Shown here: in pieces, positions 27,553 to 38,270 of the stretch | Layout of the letters: each line of letters starts with the position of its first letter | How positions within the stretch are numbered: position 1 is the first letter of the stretch | Virus record (IMG/VR): IMGVR_UViG_3300035665_000029 | Direction: 5' to 3' (one strand) | DNA: 63,603 bases | Origin: a virus | Notes under the pieces: generated by a model | What the model saw: only the letters and a program-made list of their open reading frames with translations | Told to the model about the DNA's origin: nothing | Database searches by the model: none | Program-made: the position numbers and the translations under genes

Positions 27553-29679
27553 CTATTGCTGACTTAGTATTCTGTATCTGGGATCAGGTTGTGTCGACAT
27601 CATACCACTACCCATACTGGTACCCATACTATCGCCCATAAACCCTTCCATACGTCTATCAGTGCTAGTTTTTTTACGTTCAGCTTCAATAGCAATAGGG
27701 TTAGGGCTACCATCAGCATGTCGTAAATCAGGTCTCCATGTAGGGTTAGCCTCTAACGCTTCAACCACACGATTAAAATAGTTTTGTTGATCGGTCAGCT
27801 TAGTTGGTTTACCTGTACCACCATAAGCTGCGTTACGCGCATCAACAGCATATTTAGTGGCCCCTACTTGCATTCTTTCTCTTTCTAAATTTGCAGCATT
27901 AGTTCTATCGTGAATTAATACATCATTTGCCATTTTTTCACGTTCTAACCGCGCAGTCTGTTTAGCTTTTTTATCTGCTTGGACACTCTCTAAACCATAC
28001 TTAGCCGCCGCTAATTCCTCAGCTCGATGTGCATCTTCGAGTTTAGCTTGGATGTCAAAGCTCTTATCTTTAGCGTCTTCTAGTTTATTCATCGAGTTGA
28101 TGTAGGTTTGTGAACCAGACATAAGACCATGAGCAATGTTAGTCATAGCATTAGAAGAAGTACCCGCCATCATAGCTATACCCGCTTGCATCAATGCCAT
28201 CCCCGGTATACGGTCTTCTTCCTTAGCTAATCTTGCCTCTCTTTCACTCAATCGGTTTTGCAGAGCACCGATACCCTTATTCTCACCAGTTACCTCGCGG
28301 TACTGCTTCATGTAATCAGATAAAGAAAGGTCTTGCTCTTCTTGCTGTTGAGGCTGCGCCTGTTGAGCAGCTGGTGCTGATGGTTGAATTGCTTGAGCAT
28401 ATGGTGTTCTTGAAGGTGCAGCGCTACCCACTTGAGCTGGTCTTAACTGCATACGATCTGCCATTGTGCGCTGGTCAGCACCACCTATTTGTGGCTTTAT
28501 TAACTCAGCTTTGTCAATGACAGGTGCTGATTGCCCTTCAGGCGCTCTTCTATCTATAGCTACAGGCATTAGGTTGTTACCATAACCTTCTAGCATAGGT
28601 AAATTAGATTCCCCGAAAGGCTTAGCTCTAGCTTGTGTAACTAGGTCTTTAGGGTTTATTGTGGGTTTTGCTTCTTGAGGAATAGCTTGCCCTTCAGTCC
28701 CCCACATTATTCTATTAGCTATCGGCGCAGCATAATCATACCCTTCACTTAAACTTTCTCCCGCGCCTTGTATGACGTTTTTACCTGAAAGATACGCTTT
28801 TTTAGACGCATCTATAGCGGTACCTGCCACCCCTTTTCGGGTTAAATAGTCCCCTGCTTTATCTGCATACTTACCACCTTCTGTATACCACTCAGGAGTA
28901 GGTGCACCTTTTCTGTTAACGTAGTCCTCAAGTGACATCCGTAATGGGTCTTTTGGTTGGGGGGCTTCTGTTTTGAAATAGGGTACCTTTGAAGTGTGTT
29001 TACTAGGTGTAACATCAGGTGTTCCAACAAATGCACCGGGCTGCTTACTTAGCTCTTGCATACCATGCTTAACCGCCAACGCTTTCCCATTAGGGAACAT
29101 ACTATAATACTCGCGCTGCGCAGGCGTTAATGCGCGTAACGCAGTTGCTTCGTCTATACCTAAATCGCTTCCATATAGCGCTGCACTTGGCATGGTTGCA
29201 CGAGCTCCGCTTTGCGGTAATTGATCCTCTGAAAATGGCAACTGCCCACCCGGTATACCTTGACGTCTTCTCCATGTGTCAAAATCCATATCAGATGCAG
29301 CATCTAAAAAGTCAGGATTAACATACCCCCTCTCAGCAAAAGCAATCGGACCACCCTTCGCATAAGTTTCTTCAGCAGGTTTAGGTAGGAAACCTGAAAT
29401 ACCGCCCGTCTGACCCATCTCACCTTGCATCATACGAGCGCGTTCGCGCATCATATCTTCGACAGAAGCTTGTCTTGCTTCTTGACCTACTTGTTCTGCA
29501 ACTGACGGTCTTTTTGGTTGTTGGGCAGCCATACCCATCTGCATTTGCTTTGCCCGCTTAACCTTCTCTTGAAGCAAAGGAACGCCAATAAATGCAGGAA
29601 TAACACCACTTTGGATGGAACGTTGCAGTTCTGGAACGCTAAGCTTTTCAGCTTGAGACATAATAGTCATCGGATTCAT
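27553..29679 (-). CDS. Large virion/ejection protein candidate (708 aa)
   Basis: Track ORF; position among the large distal structural genes. Confidence 0.55.
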   Translation of the reverse strand: MNPMTIMSQAEKLSVPELQRSIQSGVIPAFIGVPLLQEKVKRAKQMQMGMAAQQPKRPSVAEQVGQEARQASVEDMMRERARMMQGEMGQTGGISGFLPKPAEETYAKGGPIAFAERGYVNPDFLDAASDMDFDTWRRRQGIPGGQLPFSEDQLPQSGARATMPSAALYGSDLGIDEATALRALTPAQREYYSMFPNGKALAVKHGMQELSKQPGAFVGTPDVTPSKHTSKVPYFKTEAPQPKDPLRMSLEDYVNRKGAPTPEWYTEGGKYADKAGDYLTRKGVAGTAIDASKKAYLSGKNVIQGAGESLSEGYDYAAPIANRIMWGTEGQAIPQEAKPTINPKDLVTQARAKPFGESNLPMLEGYGNNLMPVAIDRRAPEGQSAPVIDKAELIKPQIGGADQRTMADRMQLRPAQVGSAAPSRTPYAQAIQPSAPAAQQAQPQQQEEQDLSLSDYMKQYREVTGENKGIGALQNRLSEREARLAKEEDRIPGMALMQAGIAMMAGTSSNAMTNIAHGLMSGSQTYINSMNKLEDAKDKSFDIQAKLEDAHRAEELAAAKYGLESVQADKKAKQTARLEREKMANDVLIHDRTNAANLERERMQVGATKYAVDARNAAYGGTGKPTKLTDQQNYFNRVVEALEANPTWRPDLRHADGSPNPIAIEAERKKTSTDRRMEGFMGDSMGTSMGSGMMSTQPDPRYRILSQQ

Positions 29680-31283
29680 TACGCTTCTCCCATTGCGTGT
29701 GCAATTGCTAAATCTACAATACCGCCGGACTTGTACTTTTTAGGTTCGTCGATCACACCACCAGTCTTAGCTGACTTAGCCATATATGCACCTAACCCCG
29801 TTGCTGCTAAACCGCCAAGTTGAGACATAACACTTGGATTTGTCCCATAAACTGTTTGTGTAGAATCGGTCAACGGGGTACCACGAATCAGAGCACTATA
29901 AGTACCTAACTGCTGCAGTGGATACTGTTGCGTATTCGCGTAGTTTTGAATGTCAGCGTTAATAACGTCTTGATAGTACTGTCGTTCCTGAGCACCAAAG
30001 TTAGCTTGTTGATTAATAATACCTAACTGCGCATCCTGTTGAGCTGTACCAATATTTGCCAAATTTGTACCAGCAGTATTGGCTAAACCATAACCTGCTT
30101 GAGCGCCTTGTACACCTTTTAAACCTAGTTCAGCACCCTGCATACCTTGTGCAGTACCAGCCAAACCTAAGTTGCCGGCGTTAATGTACTGACCCACGCC
30201 TGATAGTCCTGTATTAGCTCCTTGTATACCTACTTGTTGCCCAGAAATAGCTTGACCGATACCTGACAAACCTAACTGACCACCAGATAGCGCGGTATTT
30301 AAACCTGTTTGAGCACCTTGTAAACCTGATAGCCCATATTGAGTGCCTTGACCAATGTTTGCAATTGCTTGGTTATATGCGTTTTGTCGACCTTGTACGT
30401 CTAAAGTTTGTAACTGTGTGTTTAAGTTACGTTGCGCTTCTGCGTTCTCGATAGCTTGTCTTGCTCCACCATAAGCACCAGATTTGGCGGCATTACCTTG
30501 ACGGTATGTTTGACCAACTTGAAATTCCCTCATAGCAGCTTGCTTAGCTTGGTCAGTCACCGCTTGTTGGTACGGGGACATAAACTGCTGCACATTAGCT
30601 TGGTTGGATATTTGGTTTAAATAGTCTTGGCCAGCACTAGCAGATTGAGCAGCATACCTTTGAGCTTGATCGCCTATTTGACGGCCATAGTCTTGTGCTT
30701 GAAGAGCCATCTCACCAATATTAGCCGCTCTTTGCCCATATCCTGCGCCTAGAGCGCCGTAGTTCTGCGCCATGTTTTGTGCATTTTGAGCAGACTGTAG
30801 GCCGAACTGTTGACCTGTTGCTCCTGATCGCGCACCTTGAGCACCATAACCCAATGTTTGCTGTGCCGATTGAAGACCGCCTTGACCCGCTGCGTTAGCA
30901 AAATCTGTTGCTTGGGCATATTGTCCCGGCAGTTGTAAACCCATAGCTGCGTGATACGCTTGCTGCTGGGGTGCAGCAAAGCCAGCAACATAAGCTTCTG
31001 GATCAGTGTTATACGGCGTATAACCTTTAATTCCAGTAATATCGTACTTGCCCGTTTTTGGGTTAAGTTTTGTATCGAATATCTGATTAGTTGCCTCCCC
31101 CAACATTGACTCTACATAAGGCATCAATTCTGGTGGGATATTATTCTGGTTTACGGTTGACGTAGTATTGCCACCACCACCACCACCACCTTTCTTAAAT
31201 AGCATAGGTACAAACTTGCAGAGCACGGTGCCATTGTCTATGTAAAATATTCTGAATGGGTTCCAGCGGTGTAATTTAATCAT
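29679..31283 (-). CDS. Gly/Gln/Ala-rich low-complexity virion protein (534 aa; start may be 31205)
   Basis: G7 tract and long GL.G/Q-rich degenerate repeats; ATGA overlap at 31283. Confidence 0.55.
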   Translation of the reverse strand: MIKLHRWNPFRIFYIDNGTVLCKFVPMLFKKGGGGGGGNTTSTVNQNNIPPELMPYVESMLGEATNQIFDTKLNPKTGKYDITGIKGYTPYNTDPEAYVAGFAAPQQQAYHAAMGLQLPGQYAQATDFANAAGQGGLQSAQQTLGYGAQGARSGATGQQFGLQSAQNAQNMAQNYGALGAGYGQRAANIGEMALQAQDYGRQIGDQAQRYAAQSASAGQDYLNQISNQANVQQFMSPYQQAVTDQAKQAAMREFQVGQTYRQGNAAKSGAYGGARQAIENAEAQRNLNTQLQTLDVQGRQNAYNQAIANIGQGTQYGLSGLQGAQTGLNTALSGGQLGLSGIGQAISGQQVGIQGANTGLSGVGQYINAGNLGLAGTAQGMQGAELGLKGVQGAQAGYGLANTAGTNLANIGTAQQDAQLGIINQQANFGAQERQYYQDVINADIQNYANTQQYPLQQLGTYSALIRGTPLTDSTQTVYGTNPSVMSQLGGLAATGLGAYMAKSAKTGGVIDEPKKYKSGGIVDLAIAHAMGEA

Positions 31284-31699
31284 AATAGTTGCTCCACCGT
31301 AGTGTAGGTAGGTTTAATATCAAATTTTCTTAACATACGGACTATGGAGGGTCTTCCATAAGCTTGAAGGATTGTGGCCCCATTCATCTTTGCTACAGCC
31401 CTTATTTGTGCCAATGTAGAAGCATTACACACCAGCTTACCCCCAAGTGATGAGACAAGTGCGACCCTGTGTAAAGGTTCGTTATAGAATGCCATAGTTA
31501 ATGCCCCATGTATTTTGTTATCTTCATCAACAAATACACACAACAAAGTTTGACCTGATGTTACCTTGGCTAACATATGGTCTATGGTCAGGAATTTTTC
31601 GCCAACCTCACCTATAGTTAAGCCGTCTTCAATATAGTGCTTAACCAACGGCCATGTAAGATGTACATGTTCTAAAGCTACGGGACGTAAAATCATCAT
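31280..31699 (-). CDS. Hypothetical protein (139 aa), possibly GNAT-like fold
   Basis: Track ORF with ATGA overlaps. The fold guess rests only on length and sequence pattern. Confidence 0.4.
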   Translation of the reverse strand: MMILRPVALEHVHLTWPLVKHYIEDGLTIGEVGEKFLTIDHMLAKVTSGQTLLCVFVDEDNKIHGALTMAFYNEPLHRVALVSSLGGKLVCNASTLAQIRAVAKMNGATILQAYGRPSIVRMLRKFDIKPTYTTVEQLL

Positions 31700-32964
31700 A
31701 CTGGCAAGTGTTTGTATGCTTTGGTGTCATTAGCAAACTGTTTTTTGCTACCCATAGATTTACTTCTACCTGCTTGGATTTTCTTAACCATCTCATCTAG
31801 TCGTTGAGCGCCGGCGTCAGTTGATCCATTACCTAGCTCAGATACAATTCTAGCTGGAACCACATATTCACCCGCTGCAAGGCGTGCAGGTTGTTTGCCA
31901 GCAATAGATGCAGGGATTGAATCACTAACACCGTCACCAACACCGTTAAGTAAGTTAGGTCTGCCACCAGTAGCATAGCCACCGAGATCTGCAATACCAC
32001 CTTGAGCCATTTGTTGAGGTGCAGCTACTTGCCCCGGTTGGTTGCCTACCATAGCCATTAGCTTTTTCTTTTCGTCAGGAGTAAGTGTTGCAATGTCTTC
32101 CGGCCTGTTAAACAACTCCCCGATTATCGGTAAATCACTTGCGTGTTCCCACCCAAAAATCATACCCGGTAATGAACTAGAGACTAAAGAATCGGCCATA
32201 CCTTCACCGCCCGGGATCAACTTACTGATACCACCTCCGGCCAACATCTGCATAGAACTTCCGCCGTATCCTTCTGGGTCGGCCACTTCTCTAGGATTAG
32301 GTATATTCTGAGCATTAGACATATAAGTATCTAGGTCAGTGATACCCCCAGCAGCATATTGAGGTGCATAGTTAAACTGTTTGTTGTACGCATAACGGTT
32401 TTTCATTTTTTGCTGTTCTGGAATAGTCGGATCAGATGCCATTGCCGAATCAAGCATTGATGTCGCCCCTAAACCAATAACCCCCTTACCGATGGTTTGA
32501 CCCATAGGTGATAGATTGTTCCATGCTTGACCAGCTTCACCTAGCAACCCTAAATTATTAACTGTTGGAGATGCATTTGCCACTGTAGCCCCGCCGATAC
32601 TCGGCATGGTTGCTTGCGACACATTTAAGGGTGATGCTACTGCTTGCATTTGCGCAGCAGGTGAACTTATACCAGCAAAGGCTTTGTCTACTCCTGATAT
32701 GGGCCCCGCGGTAATGCCAGAACCCACTGTGGAAGCATTAACCGTATTGGCTGCTGTCGCCGCATTACCTGCGGCACTTAGTCCTGCGCCCACACCACTA
32801 CCTATACCACCTGTTATCCCACCAAAAAGCGCACCTTCTCCCACATCACCACCAGTAAGTGCTGCACCGCCAGCACCAATCGCGGCACCAGTTAACATAC
32901 CCCCACCAATCGTACCGGCTAAGCCTGTAATACCAATACCTGCTAATGCTGTAACAAAACTCAT
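31696..32964 (-). CDS. Glycine-zipper-rich virion/membrane-active protein (422 aa)
   Basis: N-terminal GIGITGLAGTIGGGMLTGAAIGAGGAALTGG segments. Confidence 0.5.
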   Translation of the reverse strand: MSFVTALAGIGITGLAGTIGGGMLTGAAIGAGGAALTGGDVGEGALFGGITGGIGSGVGAGLSAAGNAATAANTVNASTVGSGITAGPISGVDKAFAGISSPAAQMQAVASPLNVSQATMPSIGGATVANASPTVNNLGLLGEAGQAWNNLSPMGQTIGKGVIGLGATSMLDSAMASDPTIPEQQKMKNRYAYNKQFNYAPQYAAGGITDLDTYMSNAQNIPNPREVADPEGYGGSSMQMLAGGGISKLIPGGEGMADSLVSSSLPGMIFGWEHASDLPIIGELFNRPEDIATLTPDEKKKLMAMVGNQPGQVAAPQQMAQGGIADLGGYATGGRPNLLNGVGDGVSDSIPASIAGKQPARLAAGEYVVPARIVSELGNGSTDAGAQRLDEMVKKIQAGRSKSMGSKKQFANDTKAYKHLPV

Positions 32965-33395
32965 ATAGGTCTCCCCAATCGCTTAATCTCAAATTCTTCA
33001 AAAGTATCGGAGACTAATTCGTCCTCGATGTCAGTAATCTCTTCTGCGTCTGTGCGATGCACAGATATAAACGTACAATCTGTTTCTGCGTAGCCTAAGC
33101 GTTTAATGCCGGGTTTATCCACCGATATATAAGGTGCTGACACTAACACACTTGTCTCACCATTGGTGATTCGCATAGTCCCTTGTGCTAGGATACCTAT
33201 ACTCTCAAAGTTGTGAATCTTACCGGTTACTAACATACCTGCTGGCACAAACATTGTCCGTGCGTAAACCCCTTTTATCTGATAATGCTGCGTATCGGTT
33301 TGCGCTTTAAGCGCTTCTTGGTCGAACGAAGCCAACATAACTTGTTCAATCGCCATTATCGCGGGGGTATTACCTTGTTCAGCTAAATTATCCAT
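32961..33395 (-). CDS. Hypothetical structural-module protein (144 aa)
   Basis: Track ORF with ATGA overlap. Confidence 0.5.
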   Translation of the reverse strand: MDNLAEQGNTPAIMAIEQVMLASFDQEALKAQTDTQHYQIKGVYARTMFVPAGMLVTGKIHNFESIGILAQGTMRITNGETSVLVSAPYISVDKPGIKRLGYAETDCTFISVHRTDAEEITDIEDELVSDTFEEFEIKRLGRPI

Positions 33396-33407
33396 ACCGC
33401 AATACTA

Positions 33408-34262
33408 TCAGGTATATAACGCTGAAACAAACGTAGCCGTTAGGATTATCGAGGGTGATGCCGGATGCACAGGTGCTGTTCCGGGAGGATAGGTAGCCGC
33501 TACAGTATTTCCAGAGTCTGAGGCCATAATCAATTGGAAGTAATCCCCTGCATTTAACGCCATGACTAGGTTCCAAGATACAATTGCAGCGCCGGGTTTG
33601 CCACCATGAATGGCTGGGATAGAAACAATACCTGCGCTATAAGGCACATCAACACCATTCTGTCTAAACCACAAAGTTACATTATCTATAGAAGAGTCAA
33701 AGGTTAGCAACTGCGCACTAAATTGAATGTTGTAATACCCTGCAACAGCGGCAACTACTTTTGTAATATCTGTAGGGTCAAGGTCTATACCATTTGCCGT
33801 ATCTGTGGCAGTTAAACTCACGACAAGTTCTGTCGTTGATGAAGGTACAGGTTGCGCCTCAGCAACATAAACCCCTGCCGTATGTGAAGCCTGTGATGAT
33901 CCATAAGCGCCACGGGTAATGCCTGTAAATGTGGTGGCTGTTTTTCCCGTATACTTAATTAACTCAGAACCAATAATAAGTGCGCCAGCAGATAAAAAGC
34001 CAGCAGTAGACGCTACTTGAATAGGGGTAGTTGATGTGTTTGTTAAACTAACTGCCAACGTAGTATAGCCGTCCTGATGCCAAGCTCCGTTAGGGAACTG
34101 CAAGAACGCACCGCCCGTAGAACCAATAAGCACAGAGTTCAAGTTGTTAAGTTGGTTAAAATACAAACGCAGCGTATTGTTAAGCTGCTCTTGGTACAAC
34201 GACTCATAGTCTTTTGTCGCTAACGGTAAGTTAGGTACTGCGGGGTTTATGATTGGTTTCAT
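33408..34262 (-). CDS. Tail-associated protein (284 aa)
   Basis: Track ORF; position next to the large tail gene. Confidence 0.45.
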   Translation of the reverse strand: MKPIINPAVPNLPLATKDYESLYQEQLNNTLRLYFNQLNNLNSVLIGSTGGAFLQFPNGAWHQDGYTTLAVSLTNTSTTPIQVASTAGFLSAGALIIGSELIKYTGKTATTFTGITRGAYGSSQASHTAGVYVAEAQPVPSSTTELVVSLTATDTANGIDLDPTDITKVVAAVAGYYNIQFSAQLLTFDSSIDNVTLWFRQNGVDVPYSAGIVSIPAIHGGKPGAAIVSWNLVMALNAGDYFQLIMASDSGNTVAATYPPGTAPVHPASPSIILTATFVSALYT

Positions 34263-36367
34263 TAGGTAGACCTACGGCCGTCATACTGGAAATCGCAACG
34301 AGGACTGCCTAGTTGCCAAGTCATATCGAGTTGATTAGATTCTATTTTAAAAGAAAATTGTCTACCTCTAACCCTAATAAATACTTGACCTGTAAATTCC
34401 TCGATAGGCACGACTGCGGTTCGCGTGACTAATGCGCTATCTACTCCCCCAACAGAAGCTGGATCGGTATACCCCGAACCAGAATTATTTAAAGGGATGA
34501 CTGACATGGTTACAGTAGGGTTATCAGCTGTAGAACCCCTAAAAGTTACGTCCGGCAATATTCTTCTAATAAACATGAACTTGTGCCCATCTTCATCTAG
34601 GTCAAACTCAGATGTAGTGACGTATGAGTAAATAGGTAGCGCACTAATACCTTCATAGTCATTTAACCCAAACTCGTGGCTAACTATGTTTTTAGTGTAC
34701 GTTGCAGCAATAGGATTATCAATCGTACCTGAATCTAACCATGCAGTACGAGCCATAGTGCCGTAATACCAAACGTTTTCTAAGTAGTTGTATACAACAT
34801 ATCTATCCATAGTTGTACTGTTAGCAGAGCAATAGAACCACCAGATTTCATTAAAGCGCTCATTACTCCCGCCATATACTTGATGTGCTTGACTGATATT
34901 AAAATCATTAAAGACGTATTCTTTTAAGTCGCATCGTAATGTTTGTACCCGACCGTCATACATATAGAATTTATCTATGCCCATCCAGTAAACAATACCA
35001 GAACCGATTGCTGTAGCGTTTTGTCCCATTATAGATATGTTGTCACCTAGAAGTTGAGCACTCCAAACATAAGGAGGACCTAGGTACTGTAGTGAATAGG
35101 CTGAAGAATCAGTCAAAACTATTAGTTCTTGCCTAGTTTGCATTACAGTAACTATTTCAGAACCATGAGATAGCCTAATACTACCCGCTTGGTTTGTCGC
35201 TGACGGCGTCCATGTTACAGCGTCTTCTTGATCTGACCATCTAATCAGCATTGGGTCTTGCGTAGTAGAGTCATAATCGTTACAACCAAAAGCAAGAACA
35301 AACCGATAGGTGTCCGATACGTATATGTAATTTTGTACAGTTGGTACATCTGATGCGCCTGATAAGCTAGATAAATTAATCGCTCTAGGGGAGATTGCAT
35401 GACTGCCTGATTGAGTTCCCGAGGTGCCTATTAAGGCGCCTGTAGGCGTGGATGACAAATTGCAAGTGTTAGTAATGTCATTGAAATTTCTGACATAGTA
35501 AACCGTACCCGTCGCTAAACCTGTAGGTAACGCGCCTGATGTTGTTAACGTAATGGCTTGTAAATTACTTAAGTTGGCATTCGTAGTCAAAACCGCTGTT
35601 GCTGCAATAGTTACAGTGAACGGTACTTCGGACACGCCTAGACTAACCGTCGAATAATATATGCCTCCGCCGCGAGGACCAAATATCAGGTCTTGGCCAA
35701 AATTGCTTTGGCTCCAAAGTTGCAATGCATTCTGCGACGTAGTTCCATAACCCCAAGTCCCATAACCCCAAGGACCTGCGCCCCAACCGACGTTTGGTGT
35801 TTCGTACTCAGGCCCGGTATTAATTTGATAAACTGCACGGACAGTACCGCCATGACCTGTATCAGATCCATTAGCATTTGTACCTACATCAATAGTGTAG
35901 GTGTTCACGTCAACAAAAGTAATCTGATATTCGCGGTTTAATAGACTTGCCGTGATAGTGCCACCCAGACCAGTAGCACCATTGTATGTTACAAAATCAC
36001 CATTTTGGCACCCATGAGCTGTATGAGCAACAGTAACTATTGATGAGCCAGTATGCGCAGTGAATGGGTTTGTTAAGTTTACCGCTGTACGAATTGGTGT
36101 AACGTCAAAATACGCCCCGCCACGACAAATATAAAACTTAAGATTAGTCCCAACGCCTATATATGTAACATTATTAAGGGCAAGCCAGTTCCATAATGAA
36201 CGGCATACACCTAAAAAAGTACTGTTTGATATTTTTTGCCATCCACCAATTTTCTGAGGTGTACCTTGTCTGAAGCGAATCTTGTCGCACTCATAGTACC
36301 CACCTTCTGTGGTATAGCGAGTGTTTTCACGGTTAACCCCACTTTTGAAACTTAGCTTTTTTAACAT
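34262..36367 (-). CDS. Large tail (nozzle/tubular-type) protein (701 aa)
   Basis: Size and position; beta-rich composition. Confidence 0.45.
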   Translation of the reverse strand: MLKKLSFKSGVNRENTRYTTEGGYYECDKIRFRQGTPQKIGGWQKISNSTFLGVCRSLWNWLALNNVTYIGVGTNLKFYICRGGAYFDVTPIRTAVNLTNPFTAHTGSSIVTVAHTAHGCQNGDFVTYNGATGLGGTITASLLNREYQITFVDVNTYTIDVGTNANGSDTGHGGTVRAVYQINTGPEYETPNVGWGAGPWGYGTWGYGTTSQNALQLWSQSNFGQDLIFGPRGGGIYYSTVSLGVSEVPFTVTIAATAVLTTNANLSNLQAITLTTSGALPTGLATGTVYYVRNFNDITNTCNLSSTPTGALIGTSGTQSGSHAISPRAINLSSLSGASDVPTVQNYIYVSDTYRFVLAFGCNDYDSTTQDPMLIRWSDQEDAVTWTPSATNQAGSIRLSHGSEIVTVMQTRQELIVLTDSSAYSLQYLGPPYVWSAQLLGDNISIMGQNATAIGSGIVYWMGIDKFYMYDGRVQTLRCDLKEYVFNDFNISQAHQVYGGSNERFNEIWWFYCSANSTTMDRYVVYNYLENVWYYGTMARTAWLDSGTIDNPIAATYTKNIVSHEFGLNDYEGISALPIYSYVTTSEFDLDEDGHKFMFIRRILPDVTFRGSTADNPTVTMSVIPLNNSGSGYTDPASVGGVDSALVTRTAVVPIEEFTGQVFIRVRGRQFSFKIESNQLDMTWQLGSPRCDFQYDGRRST

Positions 36368-36376
36368 CGTTAGCCC

Positions 36377-36844
36377 TTATATGTATGGTCTAATGCCCTT
36401 ACGGTCTATGATTAGCATAGAGTGTCTAGGTTTATCCACCGGAGTATTCGGCACACTGATATGAACCCAGCTATCAAACTCACGGATTAACTGGTCAAAC
36501 TTTATACCTGCACCTATTATAGCTTTCATTAACTCGTCAGGTTTAACCCCCTCAATTTTAATATCCGCTGCGCAACCTACTATGTGTTGGCTAGTATCCT
36601 TGCTGCCCACTGCATGATTAACTTTGAGACAGCGGTATCCGCTTGATACACGGATAGGTTTACCAACTGCATGTCGCACTTCTTCTAATACCATACATAA
36701 ACGCTTTAGGTTCTCAACAACGTAAGTAGGGGGCGTATTGTCTATACCCAACCGCGCAGCGGTATCTGACTCAGTTAATTCTTTAAGCGTAAAGTGTTCT
36801 GATAATTGCATTATGGGATAAGTACGTCCGTTATATCTAACCAT
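36377..36844 (-). CDS. Peptidase M15 family endolysin
   Basis: FTLKELTESDTA...GIDNTP...SSGYRC..VN..VGS...SQH..G.AADI...WVH (zinc ligands H/D/H). Confidence 0.8.
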   Translation of the reverse strand: MVRYNGRTYPIMQLSEHFTLKELTESDTAARLGIDNTPPTYVVENLKRLCMVLEEVRHAVGKPIRVSSGYRCLKVNHAVGSKDTSQHIVGCAADIKIEGVKPDELMKAIIGAGIKFDQLIREFDSWVHISVPNTPVDKPRHSMLIIDRKGIRPYI

Positions 36845-36893
36845 TTGAGTACATCAATAATGAGCTTTACAACGTCATGTAGTACCTGTTCCA

Positions 36894-37052
36894 TCACTTA
36901 CTCCGGTCGTTCATAATGAATAGAGAAGCACCAAGCGCTGCCAATGCTGTTCGCTGCGGTTCTGACAAATCAAAACCAAATGCAGAACCAACAGCAAAAA
37001 AGCCTAACCACGTAGTCTTTTCGCTTAACCAATTTACAATCCAAGTTTTCAT
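36894..37052 (-). CDS. Small membrane protein, holin candidate (52 aa)
   Basis: Hand translation MKTWIVNWLSEKTTWLGFFAVGSAFGF...; ATGA overlap; immediately upstream of the endolysin. Confidence 0.4.
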   Translation of the reverse strand: MKTWIVNWLSEKTTWLGFFAVGSAFGFDLSEPQRTALAALGASLFIMNDRSK

Positions 37053-37213
37053 CCCATTGCCTCTATTTTAGCCATCAGTAATTGCACTTCAGCCAATAAC
37101 TGATCTTTAGTTACTTCTGGGTTTTTAGCCGCCGTGTCTTTCTGCCATTGCAAAAATTCACTTTCAGTCATCTCACGGACCTCATCATCAATCTGTATTA
37201 GTGGTCTGCTCAT
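37049..37213 (-). CDS. Small hypothetical protein (54 aa)
   Basis: Hand translation; TAATG overlap with the fibre gene stop. Confidence 0.35.
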   Translation of the reverse strand: MSRPLIQIDDEVREMTESEFLQWQKDTAAKNPEVTKDQLLAEVQLLMAKIEAMG

Positions 37214-38223
37214 TAGTTTGCTCCGTAGATATATATTGAACCTACACCGGTGAATGAGCTGTAGACGGTAAACCGAATAGCGTTGATACTCCCAGTTGTT
37301 GGCGGGTAAGATAAAGCATAGGCGATCCCAGTATTACCATGTACAGTAAAGTAAGGCTTGCTACCAGACACATCACACCTATAGAAAGAAATGTAACCCG
37401 TTAGCGCGGCGCCGCTAAAAGCTGTGAACTGTACTGCTTGTCCATAAGATGATCCATTGTTAGAACTTAATGCTACACTAACACCCCCTGATGATGTACC
37501 TGATACCCCTAGAGTATCAGTAGTTATCACGATATTTTTATTAGGAACTAATCCCGTCACAGAAGCTGAAGTCACACCGTTAGCAGGCGTCACAGTTGCT
37601 AGTAGTGATAAACCTTGCGGACTTGCCCATACAGGTGCCCCGGTACCCGTGCTGGATAAAACCTGTCCTGTACTACCCACTGCTGTAAAACTCGTTGCAC
37701 CCACGCCTGTTTGATACGGTATGCTACCAGCTGTACCACTAAGTAAATTTGTTGCGTTTGTTGCGTTTGTTGCGTTTGTTGCGTTTGTTGCGTTTGTTGC
37801 GTTTGTTGCGTTTGTTGCGTTTGTAGGGGCGATCTCAATAAAATCTGACCCGTTCCACACTACTATTGTTCTTTGACCTGCAGCTATTGGTGTACCCGTT
37901 GTTGCAGCACCTTTAACTACCACTGTCCCATTAGACTGGTTAATTACTATGTAAGCTTTGTTGTGCGAAGGCGCAATGATATTTCTACTTACACCCGGAG
38001 TGCCCGTAGGGATAAGTACCGCCATACGCGCTTGGTTTGCTGCACCTGATCCTGTGGTAGTCAACGTCCAGTCACTAGCAGTCACATCTGCTGTAGCTGA
38101 GTTAGCAATTGAATCTTCTACAAGCTGAGTAATGCTGTTGTTTACAACATCCCCCCAAGTACCATCTAATTCACCGGGTACAGGAAGCGCCAACCCTAAA
38201 AGCGTAGTATATGAAGTCGTCAT
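37213..38223 (-). CDS. Tail fibre-like protein with (ATN)8 repeat
   Basis: Ser/Thr/Gly/Ala-rich beta-type composition; internal 9-bp tandem repeat. Confidence 0.55.
   Translation of the reverse strand: MTTSYTTLLGLALPVPGELDGTWGDVVNNSITQLVEDSIANSATADVTASDWTLTTTGSGAANQARMAVLIPTGTPGVSRNIIAPSHNKAYIVINQSNGTVVVKGAATTGTPIAAGQRTIVVWNGSDFIEIAPTNATNATNATNATNATNATNATNATNLLSGTAGSIPYQTGVGATSFTAVGSTGQVLSSTGTGAPVWASPQGLSLLATVTPANGVTSASVTGLVPNKNIVITTDTLGVSGTSSGGVSVALSSNNGSSYGQAVQFTAFSGAALTGYISFYRCDVSGSKPYFTVHGNTGIAYALSYPPTTGSINAIRFTVYSSFTGVGSIYIYGAN
37751..37822 (-). repeat. 8 x 9-bp perfect tandem repeat (gttgcgttt) encoding ATN x8
   Basis: Read directly from the sequence. Confidence 0.95.
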
Positions 38224-38270
38224 TATGCTGTTCCGAAATTATTAATTTGCTCACCTAACATTGTTATCTC

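Noticed and set aside
32606-32968. Pro/Ala-rich plus-strand ORF, and similar shadows at 45659-45961, 44595-44888, 39580-39783 and 59635-59889
   Set aside because: They are antisense to Gly-, Ala- or Lys-rich genes or to a GC-rich cassette. Their composition is the mirror image of the sense gene, and they have no translation signals.
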